From the NCBI GenBank assembly GCA_913047695.1, contig CAJWUI010000004.1, positions 94,606 through 158,605 of the forward strand: DNA of 64,000 nucleotides, in the 5' to 3' direction. Below, one piece after another: positions 26,850-37,475 of this stretch (position 1 is its first letter; every line of letters starts with the position of its first letter). Source of the DNA: an uncultured Bacteroidota bacterium. GTDB lineage: Bacteria; Bacteroidota; Bacteroidia; Flavobacteriales; Flavobacteriaceae. The notes under the pieces were generated by a model. It searched no databases and had not been told where the DNA came from. It saw only the letters and a list, made by a program, of their open reading frames with translations. Both the position numbers and the translations under genes were made by a program.

Positions 26850-27679
26850 TTGTATGTGAAAAATTTTCTAAAAAAACTTTTTGATTTTTATATAAATTCC
26901 AGTATTCACGTGGCCTTATCAGTAGTTTCATTGTCCTACTTATCTATTGATCTGATTTATAAAAATGTTACCCCATTATTGTTAATATTTATTTTTTGTT
27001 GTGCCTGTTTTTCGTATAATTTCATAAAGTTTTTCCCTGTCATTTTAAACAAAAAAAAAAAATTCGATTAAAACTTATTTTTTTTTTATCGATAGGATGC
27101 ATTTTGTTTGCTGTTCAACAATTTTTTAATTTAAAACTCACAACAAAAATTTTTGTTTTTTTTGGGGCACTTATAGTATTATTATACACGATCCCTTTTA
27201 AGAACTACAAAAATTTGAGGAACGTTAAGGGTTTTAAAATTTTTCTTGTAGTTGGTGGCTGGTTATCACTTGTTGTCGGAGTTCCGATTTCAATTGCACC
27301 AAAATTTGATATTGATTTATTTTTTCAGCTTTTAATGATTCAAGGAATTTATATTTTCGTTGCTACGATACCTTTTGAAATAAGGGATTTAAAGCGGGAT
27401 CAACCTAATCCTTTAACCTTAGCTCAAATTTTTGGAATATACAATGTAAAATTATTGGGTTACCTTCTCTCAATAATAAATCTAGTTTCCACATTTTTTT
27501 TATTTGGAATTTTTTCTGCATTTGGTTTAAGTTCAGCTATTAGTTTCTTGTTATTAATCGTTTTTCTTTACATAGTTACTCCTGAACATTCAAAATATCT
27601 AACTAGTTTTTGGGTTGAATCAATACCAATCTTTTGGAGTGTTCTTTACTATTTGCTTAACTTTAATATGACTTTGTAA
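26850..27679 (+). pseudogene. Polytopic membrane protein (possibly UbiA-prenyltransferase-like) split into two ORFs (26850-27071 and 27104-27679) at an A12 homopolymer. This could be a frameshifted gene, a sequencing error or a slippage site.
   Basis: The frame of ORF2 is open back to 27020 and overlaps the end of ORF1. One extra A in the A12 run (27051-27062) fuses ...FPVILNKKKK to IRLKLIFFLSIGCILFAVQQFF... into a single ~277-aa, ~8-TM protein. The DxxxD-like motif FEIRDLKRD...TLAQIFG is in the second part. Confidence 0.5.
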
Positions 27680-27692
27680 AATTTGAAAATAA

Positions 27693-29378
27693 TTGTTTTA
27701 TCATCTTTCTTTTATTCAAAAACGTTGTTGCCTACTAATTATAATCTTTATTTTTCTTTCTTGTAAATCTGCAGGAGATACATTCTTTTCTAAAAGGGAC
27801 ATAAGAAAAAGTCAATCCTTAATAGGTGTTAACTTTAATAAAAAAAAGTTGGACACTTTATACCCATATTTGCAGCGTAACAGAGCTGGATATGACAGCA
27901 TGAGAAATTTTTCATTAAGCTACGAGCAGATACCTAGCTTATTATTTAATCCGCATCCAATTAAATTTGAAATACCAAAAAACAGAGAATTAAAATCAAA
28001 CTTTGGTACAATTAAAAAACAAAATCTTCCAAAAAATTTAGATGAGATAGCGTTTTATACAGTCCCACAACTTCACGCTCTTATTAAGTCTAAAATGATC
28101 ACGTCCTTAGAACTAACTAAACTTTATATAAAACGACTTAAGCAGCATAACTCTTCTCTTTTTTGTGCAATAAATTTAACTGAAGACTTAGCCCTTAAGC
28201 AAGCAAAAAGGGCTGACAGTCTTCTTGAAAATGGAATTATATTGGGGCCATTACACGGAATACCCTATGGCTTGAAGGATCTTATTTCAGTAGAGGGTTA
28301 TCCTACAACTTGGGGCGCTTATCCGTATAAATATCAACGAATTAACAAAACCGCAACAATTGCTAGAAAGCTGGAGAGATCAGGAGCTGTACTTGTAGCT
28401 AAACTAGTTTCTGGTTCATTGGCAAGAGGTGACGTTTGGTTCGGAGGGATGACCCGAAATCCTTGGGATCCTAAACAAGGGGCAAGTGGTTCCTCTGCTG
28501 GTTCAGGATCCGCAACTGCAGCTGGATTGGTTGGATTTTCAATTGGAACAGAGACCCTTGGCTCTATAGTTTCACCAAGTACCCGTAATGGTATAACTGG
28601 ATTAAGACCCACTTATGGAAGAGTAAGCAGAAATGGAGTAATGACTCTTTCTTGGTCCATGGATAAAGTTGGACCAATGTGTCGTTCCGCTATAGGGTGT
28701 GCTATAGTTTTTGAAGCTATTTATGGCAAAGATCCTTTAGACCCAACATCTGTTGATGTATCTTATTTTTTTAATATTAAATCAAAACCTGAGAAATATA
28801 AAATTGGATTTTTGAAGGATTTAATTGAAAAAGATACAACAGATAGTGGTGACAACATTCGTGATGTAATTAAATTATTAAAACAAAATGGTATAAGTCT
28901 GTTGCCAATAAATTTACCAAAAGACTATCCTTTTAAGGTTTTTGATATAATCTTAAGATCTGAATCAGGAGCTTATTTTGATGAATTAGTGAGAAGTGGT
29001 AAAGTTGACAGTATGGTCCAACAAAACCAGAAATCTAGAGCTAATAGCCTTAGACAATCACGTTTCATTCCAGCTGTTGAATATATACAAGCAAATAGAT
29101 TTAGATTTAAATTAATTGAAGAGATGCATTCCATAATGAAAGAAATTGATGTCTTAATTAGCCCAACCTCAGGTGGCAACCAGTTAATGATTACAAACTT
29201 AACAGGTCATCCAGTCGTCTGTGTACCGACGGGCTTTGATTCTGAAAATCATCCTACTAGTATAAGTTTTTTAGGTAACTTGTATCAGGAAGAAAAAATT
29301 CTTGAATTTGCCCACTTTTTTCAAAAAATCACTAATTATCATTTAAAATATCCTCCATTATATTATGATATTAAGTAA
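27693..29378 (+). CDS. Amidase-signature family amidase, probable lipoprotein (TTG start)
   Basis: Signal/lipobox ..IFIFLSCKS. Amidase-signature Gly/Ser-rich block ..GASGSSAGSGSATAAGLVGFSIGTETLGSIVSPS... Confidence 0.85.
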   Translation: MFYHLSFIQKRCCLLIIIFIFLSCKSAGDTFFSKRDIRKSQSLIGVNFNKKKLDTLYPYLQRNRAGYDSMRNFSLSYEQIPSLLFNPHPIKFEIPKNRELKSNFGTIKKQNLPKNLDEIAFYTVPQLHALIKSKMITSLELTKLYIKRLKQHNSSLFCAINLTEDLALKQAKRADSLLENGIILGPLHGIPYGLKDLISVEGYPTTWGAYPYKYQRINKTATIARKLERSGAVLVAKLVSGSLARGDVWFGGMTRNPWDPKQGASGSSAGSGSATAAGLVGFSIGTETLGSIVSPSTRNGITGLRPTYGRVSRNGVMTLSWSMDKVGPMCRSAIGCAIVFEAIYGKDPLDPTSVDVSYFFNIKSKPEKYKIGFLKDLIEKDTTDSGDNIRDVIKLLKQNGISLLPINLPKDYPFKVFDIILRSESGAYFDELVRSGKVDSMVQQNQKSRANSLRQSRFIPAVEYIQANRFRFKLIEEMHSIMKEIDVLISPTSGGNQLMITNLTGHPVVCVPTGFDSENHPTSISFLGNLYQEEKILEFAHFFQKITNYHLKYPPLYYDIK

Positions 29379-29410
29379 AGGATATACTAAATAATTTAAT
29401 AAACTAGAAA

Positions 29411-29752
29411 ATGAAAAAAATTTTAATAACACTTATCTTTTTATGTTGTTCACAAAAAAAATCTAACATTCATATTGTAGAAAAAGAAGATTTCCAAATA
29501 CTATTAAATAAAGAGGTGCAATTAATAGATGTAAGAACTCCAAATGAATATAGTAGCGGGTTTATTGCTGATGCAGAAAATATAAATTTTAAATCAAAGG
29601 ATTTTTTATCTCAAATCTCAAAACTTGATAGAAGTAAACCTGTACTTCTTTATTGTTCTGCTGGAGGAAGAAGTGCTAAGGCTTCGAAAATTTTTGACTC
29701 ACTTGGTTTTAAACAGATTTATGATCTTAGAGGAGGATATCTCGCTTGGTAG
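29411..29752 (+). CDS. Rhodanese-domain sulfurtransferase (small, secreted or lipoprotein)
   Basis: Active-site loop ..LYCSAGGRSAKA.. (CxxGxR). The N-terminus is hydrophobic. Confidence 0.85.
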   Translation: MKKILITLIFLCCSQKKSNIHIVEKEDFQILLNKEVQLIDVRTPNEYSSGFIADAENINFKSKDFLSQISKLDRSKPVLLYCSAGGRSAKASKIFDSLGFKQIYDLRGGYLAW

Positions 29753-29817
29753 AAAAAATTAAAATTTATGATAATTTTTTGGTATTCCCGTCAAATTAAG
29801 AATAAAATCATGATGCA

Positions 29818-31860
29818 TTAAATTAATCCAGCTCTTTTCAAAAGTGCTGACGAATTAGGTTCTTTACCTCTAAACTTTTTATATAAAACCATAGGGTGTT
29901 CGGTGCCGCCTTTTGAAAGTATATTGTCATGAAACTTAGCTGAAGTTTTTTTGTTAAAAATTCCATTTTTCAAAAAAAGTTCAAATGCGTGTGCATCTAA
30001 AACTTCTGCCCATTTGTAGCTATAATATCCTGCTGCATATCCCCCTTGGAAGATATGCGAAAAGGAGGTACTTAAACAATTTTCATCAATATCTTTTGTG
30101 AATTGAAATTTTTCAATTAAACTTTTTTCATGTTTTTTCAAACTTTTTATATTATTAGAATTTTTCATGTGGTAGGACATATCAAGATATCCCAAACTTA
30201 GTTGGCGTAATGTATGCAAGCCTTGTTGAAAATTTTTAATTTTCTTTATCTTTTCAATAAATTCTTGAGGCAAGATTTTTCCGGTCTTGTAATGTTTTGC
30301 ATAAATTAAAATTGCTTCTTTTTCATAACACCAGTTTTCCATTATTTGACTAGGTAATTCTACAAAATCCCAATAAACATTTGTACCACTTAAACTACTA
30401 TAGCTTGTATTAGCTAAAATTCCATGAAGTGCATGACCAAATTCGTGAAATAAAGTAGTAACTTCTCGAAATGCTAGTAGTGAAGGCCTGGTTTTTGTAG
30501 GTCTAGAAAAGTTACAAACAATTGACACATGCGGTCTTTGGTTTTTTTTCTGAGGGCGAAAACTCGTCATCCATGCTCCATCTCTTTTTCCTGGTCTTGT
30601 GAAAAAGTCTGCATAAAGTAGGGCGTAGAACGAACCTTTTTTATAAACTTCAAAAACTCGAACCTCATTATTATATCTTTGAATATCATAATTTTCCTTA
30701 AACTCGAGTTCAAAAAGTTTTCCAACAATTTCAAATATTCCTTTTAAAACATTGTCAAGAGAAAAAAAGGGTTTTAATTCTTGTTCATCAAAGTCAAGTT
30801 TAACTTTTTTGATTTTTTCACTTACAAAGGCAATATCCCATTTTTCAAGTTTTTTTAAGTTTAATTTATTTTTAGCGAAAGTATTCATAGTATCCCATTC
30901 TTTTTCTGCGGCAGGAAATGCTTTTTTTGCTAAGCCATCTAAAAATTTTTTTACTTCTGTAATAGAACTAGCCATTCTCTCCTCCAAAATAAAGTCAGCA
31001 TGTGAATCGTATCCTAAGAGTTTTGCTCTTTCTTTTCTGAGTGAAATGATTTGTATAATAATCTCAGTATTATTGTTTTTATTTTTTTGATATCCTCTTT
31101 TCCCAAAAGCAAGTGTAATTTCTTTTCTAAGTTCTCTTTCCTCTGAATATTTTGTAAAAGCGATATATATTGGATAATCAAGAGTAATAATCCATCCTTC
31201 CTTTCTTTTTTTTTCAGCTATTGATTTTGCCATTTCAATAAGCGATTCTGGTAAACCTCTGAGTTTTTTTTCATCTTTAATATGCAGTTCGTATGCTTGT
31301 GTTTCTGCTAAAACATTTTGACCAAAAGACAAAGATAATTTGGCCAATTTAGCATCGATTATCCGTAGTTTTTTCTTCTCACTTTTATTAAGTAATGCCC
31401 CATTTCTAACAAAACCCTTGTACTGTTTTTCTAGAAGAGTTTTTTGTTCGGCATTTAAATTTTTTTGATCGGTCTTTTCATATACATAGCGAATCCTATC
31501 AAACAAAACTTCATTAAGATTAATATCGTTTTGAAATTTAGTTAACAATACAGAAGCTTGGCTAGTAATAAGTTGAATTTCATTAGTTGTTTCTGCACTA
31601 TTTAGGTTAAATAATATAGAGCTATTTCTTCCTAAAATACTTCCACATGACTCTAGTGCTAGATTTGTATTTTCAAAAGTAGGTTTATCAGTATTGGTAC
31701 AAATTAGGTGAATATTATCTAGAGCTTGTCTTATCCCTTTTTTGATAGCTGGAATAAAATCTTTCGGTTTAATTTTATCGAAAGGGATTGACTCAAAATT
31801 AGTCTTGAAATGGTATAGTAAAGGATTACTTGGTCTTATTGTTTTTAATTTCTCTTCCAC
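29818..31860 (-). CDS. dcp: M3-family zinc metallopeptidase (peptidyl-dipeptidase Dcp / oligopeptidase A-like)
   Basis: 680 aa with the HEFGH zinc motif in ..TLFHEFGHALHG... C-terminal ..GGYAAGYYSYKWAEVLDA.. is typical of M3. Confidence 0.85.
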   Translation of the reverse strand: MEEKLKTIRPSNPLLYHFKTNFESIPFDKIKPKDFIPAIKKGIRQALDNIHLICTNTDKPTFENTNLALESCGSILGRNSSILFNLNSAETTNEIQLITSQASVLLTKFQNDINLNEVLFDRIRYVYEKTDQKNLNAEQKTLLEKQYKGFVRNGALLNKSEKKKLRIIDAKLAKLSLSFGQNVLAETQAYELHIKDEKKLRGLPESLIEMAKSIAEKKRKEGWIITLDYPIYIAFTKYSEERELRKEITLAFGKRGYQKNKNNNTEIIIQIISLRKERAKLLGYDSHADFILEERMASSITEVKKFLDGLAKKAFPAAEKEWDTMNTFAKNKLNLKKLEKWDIAFVSEKIKKVKLDFDEQELKPFFSLDNVLKGIFEIVGKLFELEFKENYDIQRYNNEVRVFEVYKKGSFYALLYADFFTRPGKRDGAWMTSFRPQKKNQRPHVSIVCNFSRPTKTRPSLLAFREVTTLFHEFGHALHGILANTSYSSLSGTNVYWDFVELPSQIMENWCYEKEAILIYAKHYKTGKILPQEFIEKIKKIKNFQQGLHTLRQLSLGYLDMSYHMKNSNNIKSLKKHEKSLIEKFQFTKDIDENCLSTSFSHIFQGGYAAGYYSYKWAEVLDAHAFELFLKNGIFNKKTSAKFHDNILSKGGTEHPMVLYKKFRGKEPNSSALLKRAGLI

Positions 31861-32323
31861 TTTTAATAACCTTTTCTTTCAAACTGTTTTTATACTTTAA
31901 TATTTTCTTTTGAATTTCCTGATTTTCGATTCCTAGCATTTGTGCGGCAAGAATGCCAGCATTTTTAGCTCCGTTTAAAGCAACGGTTGCTACAGGCACA
32001 CCGCCAGGCATTTGCAATATTGATAGAATTGAGTCCCATCCATCTAATGAATTTTTTGATTTAATTGGTACTCCAATAACAGGAACCGGTGATAGGGATG
32101 CTATCATACCAGGTAAATGTGCTGCACCTCCAGCTCCAGCTATTATTACTTTTATACCCCTTTTGTGTGCCTGGCTTCCAAATAATGACATTTTTTCAGG
32201 CGTCCGGTGAGCTGAGACTATATCTACCTCAACTTCTATTTTGAATTCATTAAGAATTTCTATTGCTTCATTCATCACAGGTAGATCTGATTGACTCCCC
32301 ATAATTATACTAACTTTTGTCAT
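31826..32323 (-). CDS. purE: 5-(carboxyamino)imidazole ribonucleotide mutase
   Basis: ..VSAHRTPEKM.. and ..AGAGGAAHLPGMIAS.. motifs. It lies directly downstream of purK. Confidence 0.95.
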   Translation of the reverse strand: MTKVSIIMGSQSDLPVMNEAIEILNEFKIEVEVDIVSAHRTPEKMSLFGSQAHKRGIKVIIAGAGGAAHLPGMIASLSPVPVIGVPIKSKNSLDGWDSILSILQMPGGVPVATVALNGAKNAGILAAQMLGIENQEIQKKILKYKNSLKEKVIKSGREIKNNKTK

Positions 32324-32324
32324 A

Positions 32325-33479
32325 TTATTTTGTAATTACTTCAATTGTCTGTTTCACTTCTTCCGCAATCATACGAGCTGTATTTAAATCCTTATTAATA
32401 ACTGTTATATGTCCCATTTTTCTGTAGGGTCTTGTTTTTTTCTTTCCATAAATGTGGGGATTTACTCCCTCAATAGCTAAAATGTGTTCAATATTTTTGA
32501 ATTTTACCAGTCCAGAATAACCCTTTTTCCCAACTAAATTTACCATTACACCAGCCACTTTGTTTGAAGTTTCTCCGAGTGGTAGGTCAAGAATTCCTCT
32601 AATGTGTTGTTCAAACTGAGATGTGTAAGCCCCTTCAATAGTGTAGTGACCACTATTATGGGGTCTTGGAGCCACTTCGTTTACTAATATGTCTCCATCT
32701 GAAGTCAGGAATAACTCAACAGCTAGTAAACCTACATGATTGAATGACTTTGAAACCGCAAGTGCGATTTTTTCAGCTTTTTTAGATACGCTTTTTGATA
32801 TTCTAGCCGGGCATAAAACATATTCTACTTGATTTGCTTTAGGATGAAATTCCATTTCAACACATGGAAAAAATTTAGTTTCACCCTTGGGACTTCTACA
32901 TACAATAATTCCTAACTCTTTGTCAATATTTACTAACTCTTCAATAAGGCAGGTTCTTGAACTCACTTGCTCAAGGTCTTGATTTGACCTGACAATTTTT
33001 ACTCCAAATCCATCGTATCCCATTGATTCAGATTTCCAAACAAATGGAAAAGAAACAAGACCACGAGCAACTTCATCTTTTAACTGATCTTTTGAATCAA
33101 ATAATTTAAACTGAGCAGTTGGAATTTTATTATTCTTGTAAAATTCCTTTTGACTACATTTATTCTGTATAGTTTTAATGATATTTGGTTGAGGATATAC
33201 TTTTATTCCTTCTTTTTCTAAATCACTAAGCGCATGTGTGTTTACATTTTCTATTTCGATTGTAAGAATATCAACACTTTTACCGAATCTGTATACATCC
33301 TGATAGTCCATTAAATCTCCTTTAACAAATTCGTTGCATGATATTTTTGAAGGTGCTTCTATATTAGGGTCCATTACTTTTGTATGTATATCCCATTTAC
33401 TTGTAATATTTAGTAGCATTTTGCCCAACTGTCCACCTCCTAAAATTCCAATTTTTTGCTTTCCTGAAAAGAAACTCAT
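32325..33479 (-). CDS. purK: 5-(carboxyamino)imidazole ribonucleotide synthase (ATP-grasp)
   Basis: N-terminal ..IGILGGGQLGKML.., an ATP-grasp core, ..EVAPRPHNSGHYT... Adjacent to purE. Confidence 0.9.
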   Translation of the reverse strand: MSFFSGKQKIGILGGGQLGKMLLNITSKWDIHTKVMDPNIEAPSKISCNEFVKGDLMDYQDVYRFGKSVDILTIEIENVNTHALSDLEKEGIKVYPQPNIIKTIQNKCSQKEFYKNNKIPTAQFKLFDSKDQLKDEVARGLVSFPFVWKSESMGYDGFGVKIVRSNQDLEQVSSRTCLIEELVNIDKELGIIVCRSPKGETKFFPCVEMEFHPKANQVEYVLCPARISKSVSKKAEKIALAVSKSFNHVGLLAVELFLTSDGDILVNEVAPRPHNSGHYTIEGAYTSQFEQHIRGILDLPLGETSNKVAGVMVNLVGKKGYSGLVKFKNIEHILAIEGVNPHIYGKKKTRPYRKMGHITVINKDLNTARMIAEEVKQTIEVITK

Positions 33480-33565
33480 TATCTACTTTTAGCTAAAATA
33501 CGGATAAGTTTTTTGGATAGGAAAAAAGCCGAGCAAAATAGGTATATTTAAACAAAATTGTCTTT

Positions 33566-34144
33566 ATGATCAACATAGTTTTATTTGGAAAGCCAGGTGC
33601 CGGAAAAGGTACTCAAGCTAATTTTCTAAAAATAAAATACAGTCTGGTCCATATTTCTACGGGAGATTTATTTCGTTATAATCTCAAAAATAAAACTGAA
33701 TTAGGGAAATTGGCAAAATCATTTATGGATAAGGGAGATTTGGTTCCAGACCAGGTGACTATTAAAATGTTAGAAGAAGAAGTAAAGAAAAATACAAATG
33801 CAAAAGGATTTCTATTTGATGGATTTCCTAGGACTAAATCTCAAGCTGAAGCGTTAGACAATTTTTTAGAAAATTACAAAATGCAAATTAGTGCAACAAT
33901 TTCATTGGAAGTCGAAGATAATGTTCTCATAAAAAGACTATTAGAGCGTGGAAAATCAAGTGGAAGAATTGATGATCAAAATGAAACAAAAATTATAAAT
34001 CGTTTCAAAGAATACAATAAGAAAACATCTCCATTAAAGACATATTACAATGACCAAAATAAATTTTATTCTGTTAGTGGTATTGGTAGTATAGATATTA
34101 TAACCAATCGTTTAGTTCAGGTTATAGACAGTTTACAAATCTAA
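33566..34144 (+). CDS. adk: Adenylate kinase (short form, no zinc lid)
   Basis: P-loop [10 protein letters not shown], plus ..ISTGDLFR.. and ..DGFPRT... Confidence 0.95.
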   Translation: MINIVLFGKPGAGKGTQANFLKIKYSLVHISTGDLFRYNLKNKTELGKLAKSFMDKGDLVPDQVTIKMLEEEVKKNTNAKGFLFDGFPRTKSQAEALDNFLENYKMQISATISLEVEDNVLIKRLLERGKSSGRIDDQNETKIINRFKEYNKKTSPLKTYYNDQNKFYSVSGIGSIDIITNRLVQVIDSLQI

Positions 34145-34146
34145 AA

Positions 34147-35157
34147 ATGGCTGAGCGTAATTTTGTTGATTATGTAAAGCTATTTGTTCGCTCAGGAAAT
34201 GGAGGCAAAGGCTCAACCCATTTACATAGAGAAAAATATATTGATAAAGGAGGGCCAGATGGAGGAAATGGTGGCCGAGGAGGTCATGTCATAATACGTG
34301 CTAATCAACAAATGTGGACTCTCTATCAATTTAAATTTAAAAAACATTTTTCGGCAGGTAACGGAGAACATGGTAGCAAAAATCGAAAAAGTGGATCACA
34401 AGGTGATGATTGCATTATTGAGGTTCCCCTGGGTACCGTTATAAGAGATACAAAAACTAATCAAATCATTTTCGAAATAACGGATAATGACCAAGAAAAG
34501 ATTCTTCTTGAAGGTGGTCTGGGAGGACGAGGAAATTGGCATTTTAAGTCTTCTGTGAGACAAACTCCACGATATGCTCAACCCGGTTTGGAAGGGAAAA
34601 GTTTACAGATTACTTTAGAATTAAAATTACTTGCGGATGTAGGTTTAGTAGGTTTACCAAATGCGGGAAAATCCACACTTCTTGCTTCTTTAACTTCTGC
34701 CAAACCAAGAATTGCAGACTATGAATTTACTACACTAAAACCAAATCTGGGGATAGTTGAAAATTATGATTTTCAATCTTTCGTAATAGCTGATATCCCA
34801 GGAATTATTAAAGGGGCGTCAAGCGGAAAAGGTTTAGGACATTATTTTCTCAGACATATTGAGAGAAACTCTATTTTGCTTTTTGTTATTCCATCTGATA
34901 CAAAAAATCTTAAAGAAGAATATAGTATTCTTTTAAACGAGCTTAAGACCTACAATCCGGAGCTACTACACAAAGATTATGTGGTTATTCTTTCTAAGTC
35001 TGATCTTCTTGACTCTGAACTAGAGAACGAGTATGCTCAAGAAATGAAATCGATATTTAAAGATATTCCTTATCTAATTGTGTCAAGTAATACTCGACAA
35101 AATTTAAATGAACTAAAAGACCTTCTTTGGAAAGTTTTAAATAAAAAATATGAATAG
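34147..35157 (+). CDS. obg: GTPase Obg/CgtA
   Basis: Gly-rich Obg fold ..[14 protein letters not shown]... G1 GLPNAGKST and G3 DIPG. Confidence 0.95.
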   Translation: MAERNFVDYVKLFVRSGNGGKGSTHLHREKYIDKGGPDGGNGGRGGHVIIRANQQMWTLYQFKFKKHFSAGNGEHGSKNRKSGSQGDDCIIEVPLGTVIRDTKTNQIIFEITDNDQEKILLEGGLGGRGNWHFKSSVRQTPRYAQPGLEGKSLQITLELKLLADVGLVGLPNAGKSTLLASLTSAKPRIADYEFTTLKPNLGIVENYDFQSFVIADIPGIIKGASSGKGLGHYFLRHIERNSILLFVIPSDTKNLKEEYSILLNELKTYNPELLHKDYVVILSKSDLLDSELENEYAQEMKSIFKDIPYLIVSSNTRQNLNELKDLLWKVLNKKYE

Positions 35158-36055
35158 AAATATTAAAGTTTTTTTATTTCTTTTTTTTGCGAGTTTTGCG
35201 CGATCCCAAGACTCAACACCCAAAGTATTTTATTTATTTAAATCAGACCTTAATTATCAGAAAACACTAAATAATTTAAAAACATCTTACAATAAAACAA
35301 AAGATAAAAAGCTGATAGATTCCATTGCAGAACTATCTTTTACCCATAAAGATTGGGAAAACTCAATAAAATTTTTACAAATGAGTTTAAAAATAAAACC
35401 AAACTCAGAATACTTTTTTTTACTTGGCGCTGCTTCAGGGTATAGATCGCTAGAGGTATCAATATTTTCATCAACAAAATATATAAAAATTATGAAGAGA
35501 GCTTTTCAGGAAGCAGTAAATCTCGAACCAAAAAATATACTATTTCTAATTGCACAAGTTGACGTGCTTGTGTCAATACCCACAATTTTTGGGGGAAGTA
35601 TTGATGAAGCGAAAAGGTACATTTATAGAATCAAAGAGTTAGATCCAATTGAGGGCCTTGTTGCTGAGGGACTTTTTTATGAAAAAACTAACGATGTTCT
35701 AGAAGCAAGTGAAACTTACAATAAATTATTTCATAGTTTATTATCAAACTTTAACAGTTGTTCGGATTCTTTTTTAGATTATTTAAACAAGAGCAGAAGA
35801 AACTTAGCATATGATATAGGTAGAATTGCATCTGACTATCAATTAGATCCAGAGTGGGGTATTTGTGCACTTTCATTTTATGGAGAAAGACATGTTCTTC
35901 GGGATTCAATTCCTTTACCTTGGGTTTATTATCATATTGCGAAATTAGAAAAAATGAAAGGCAATACGGCGCGGATGAAAATTTTTATTTCAAAACTCAA
36001 ATCATATGAAAATGACTATCCTTCTATTTCGAGTTTAATTAATGGATTGATCTAA
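35150..36055 (+). CDS. Hypothetical secreted protein, possibly helical-repeat (TPR-like)
   Basis: Signal-like N-terminus ([14 protein letters not shown]). It overlaps the obg stop by 8 nt, which suggests an operon. I recognise no diagnostic motif. Confidence 0.5.
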   Translation: MNRNIKVFLFLFFASFARSQDSTPKVFYLFKSDLNYQKTLNNLKTSYNKTKDKKLIDSIAELSFTHKDWENSIKFLQMSLKIKPNSEYFFLLGAASGYRSLEVSIFSSTKYIKIMKRAFQEAVNLEPKNILFLIAQVDVLVSIPTIFGGSIDEAKRYIYRIKELDPIEGLVAEGLFYEKTNDVLEASETYNKLFHSLLSNFNSCSDSFLDYLNKSRRNLAYDIGRIASDYQLDPEWGICALSFYGERHVLRDSIPLPWVYYHIAKLEKMKGNTARMKIFISKLKSYENDYPSISSLINGLI

Positions 36056-36057
36056 CA

Positions 36058-37419
36058 ATGAATTTACATTTTATAGCAATAGGCGGAAGTGCAATGCATA
36101 GTTTAGCTATCGCTATGCATCGACTCGGACATAAAGTTAGTGGAAGCGATGATATAATTTTTGAGCCTTCGAAAAGTAATTTAAGAAACACTGGATTGCT
36201 ACCACCAAGGTTGGGTTGGTTTCCTAAGAAAATAGATTCAGAAATTGACATTGTAATTTTAGGAATGCACTCTAAAAAAGACAATTCTGAATTATTAAAA
36301 GCAAAAGAACTAGGATTAAATATTCAATCTTATCCGGAGTTTTTATCAGAAATATCAAGGAATAAAACAAAAGTAGTAATAGCTGGCAGTCATGGAAAGA
36401 CAACTATTACCTCTATGATTATTCATGTTCTAAAATACCATAATATTGATATAGACTTCATGGTTGGAGCTCCTCAAAAAAATATTAATGAAACAATTGA
36501 AATTTCAGAAAAAAATAATTTTATTTTGATTGAAGGTGATGAATATTTGTCTTCACCTATTGACAGAAAGCCAAAATTTTTGTGGTACAAACCTGAAATA
36601 GCCCTAATAAGTGGAATTGCCTGGGACCATGTAAACGTCTACCCAAACTATGATGATTATGTTAAACAATTTAACAGTTTCATTTCTTCAATTCAACCTG
36701 GTGGGGTTTTGATCTTTAATAATGAAGATAAATTGCTTAAAGAATTAGTCGAAAATAATTCTAATACAATAAAAAAAATTCCCTACGGGACTCCCAATTT
36801 TTTGGTCGAAAATGCTACAACTTATCTTGATACAGAAGAAGGTGAAATACCGACATTAATTTTTGGGAATCACAACTTATTAAATCTTTCTGGGGCTCAG
36901 TGGATTTCTCAGTTAATGGGCGTTAATATTTCTGATTTTTATGAAGCTATTCCAAGTTTCAAAGGTGCATCAAAACGTTTAGAATGTATAGCAAAAGGTA
37001 AAACCTCGCTTCTTTTCAATGACTTTGCACACGCTCCAAGTAAAGTCAAAGCAACTGTGGACGCAGTTGATAAACAGTTTTTTGATTTTGAAATTACATT
37101 TTGCCTTGAGCTCCATACATTTAGTAGTTTAGATTTTAAATTCCTGAATCAATATATTAAGATCTTAAAAAAAACAAGTAACTCAATTATTTTTTTTGAT
37201 CCGGTTGTTTTAAAAAATAAAAATAGAGAGACTATTTCAGAGGATATTATTAAAAAGTCTTTCGCAAGCTCAGCTCTAAAACTATTTACAGATAAAAATG
37301 CTTTAATGGATTATTTAATTAAAAAAACTTATTTTAAACACGTGCTAGTTTTCATGAGTTCTGGAAATTTTGGAGGTATAGATTGGGAAATTATTAAATC
37401 ACACATTAGGAAATTTTAG
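36058..37419 (+). CDS. mpl: Mpl-like Mur ligase (UDP-N-acetylmuramate:L-alanyl-gamma-D-glutamyl-meso-DAP ligase, peptidoglycan recycling)
   Basis: N-terminus ..HFIAIGGSAMHSLAIAMHRLGHKVSGSD.., P-loop AGSHGKTT and ..EGDEY.. fit the MurC/Mpl subfamily. The true murC is present separately at 60611. Confidence 0.7.
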   Translation: MNLHFIAIGGSAMHSLAIAMHRLGHKVSGSDDIIFEPSKSNLRNTGLLPPRLGWFPKKIDSEIDIVILGMHSKKDNSELLKAKELGLNIQSYPEFLSEISRNKTKVVIAGSHGKTTITSMIIHVLKYHNIDIDFMVGAPQKNINETIEISEKNNFILIEGDEYLSSPIDRKPKFLWYKPEIALISGIAWDHVNVYPNYDDYVKQFNSFISSIQPGGVLIFNNEDKLLKELVENNSNTIKKIPYGTPNFLVENATTYLDTEEGEIPTLIFGNHNLLNLSGAQWISQLMGVNISDFYEAIPSFKGASKRLECIAKGKTSLLFNDFAHAPSKVKATVDAVDKQFFDFEITFCLELHTFSSLDFKFLNQYIKILKKTSNSIIFFDPVVLKNKNRETISEDIIKKSFASSALKLFTDKNALMDYLIKKTYFKHVLVFMSSGNFGGIDWEIIKSHIRKF

Positions 37420-37475
37420 TTTTTTAAAAATTACATTTATTGTTTTGTTTTTGAAGTTTATTCAACTGTTTTTAG

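Noticed and set aside
29753-29780. A 9-bp inverted repeat AAAAAATTA / TAATTTTTT between the convergent rhodanese and dcp genes, considered as a bidirectional terminator
   Set aside because: The stem is A/T only and the loop is 10 nt. The predicted stability is very low, and such palindromes arise by chance in AT-rich spacers.
33480-33565. Possible purine riboswitch upstream of purK-purE
   Set aside because: There is no three-way-junction aptamer and no conserved loop sequences. Only a trivial short GC stem (gccgagc) is present.
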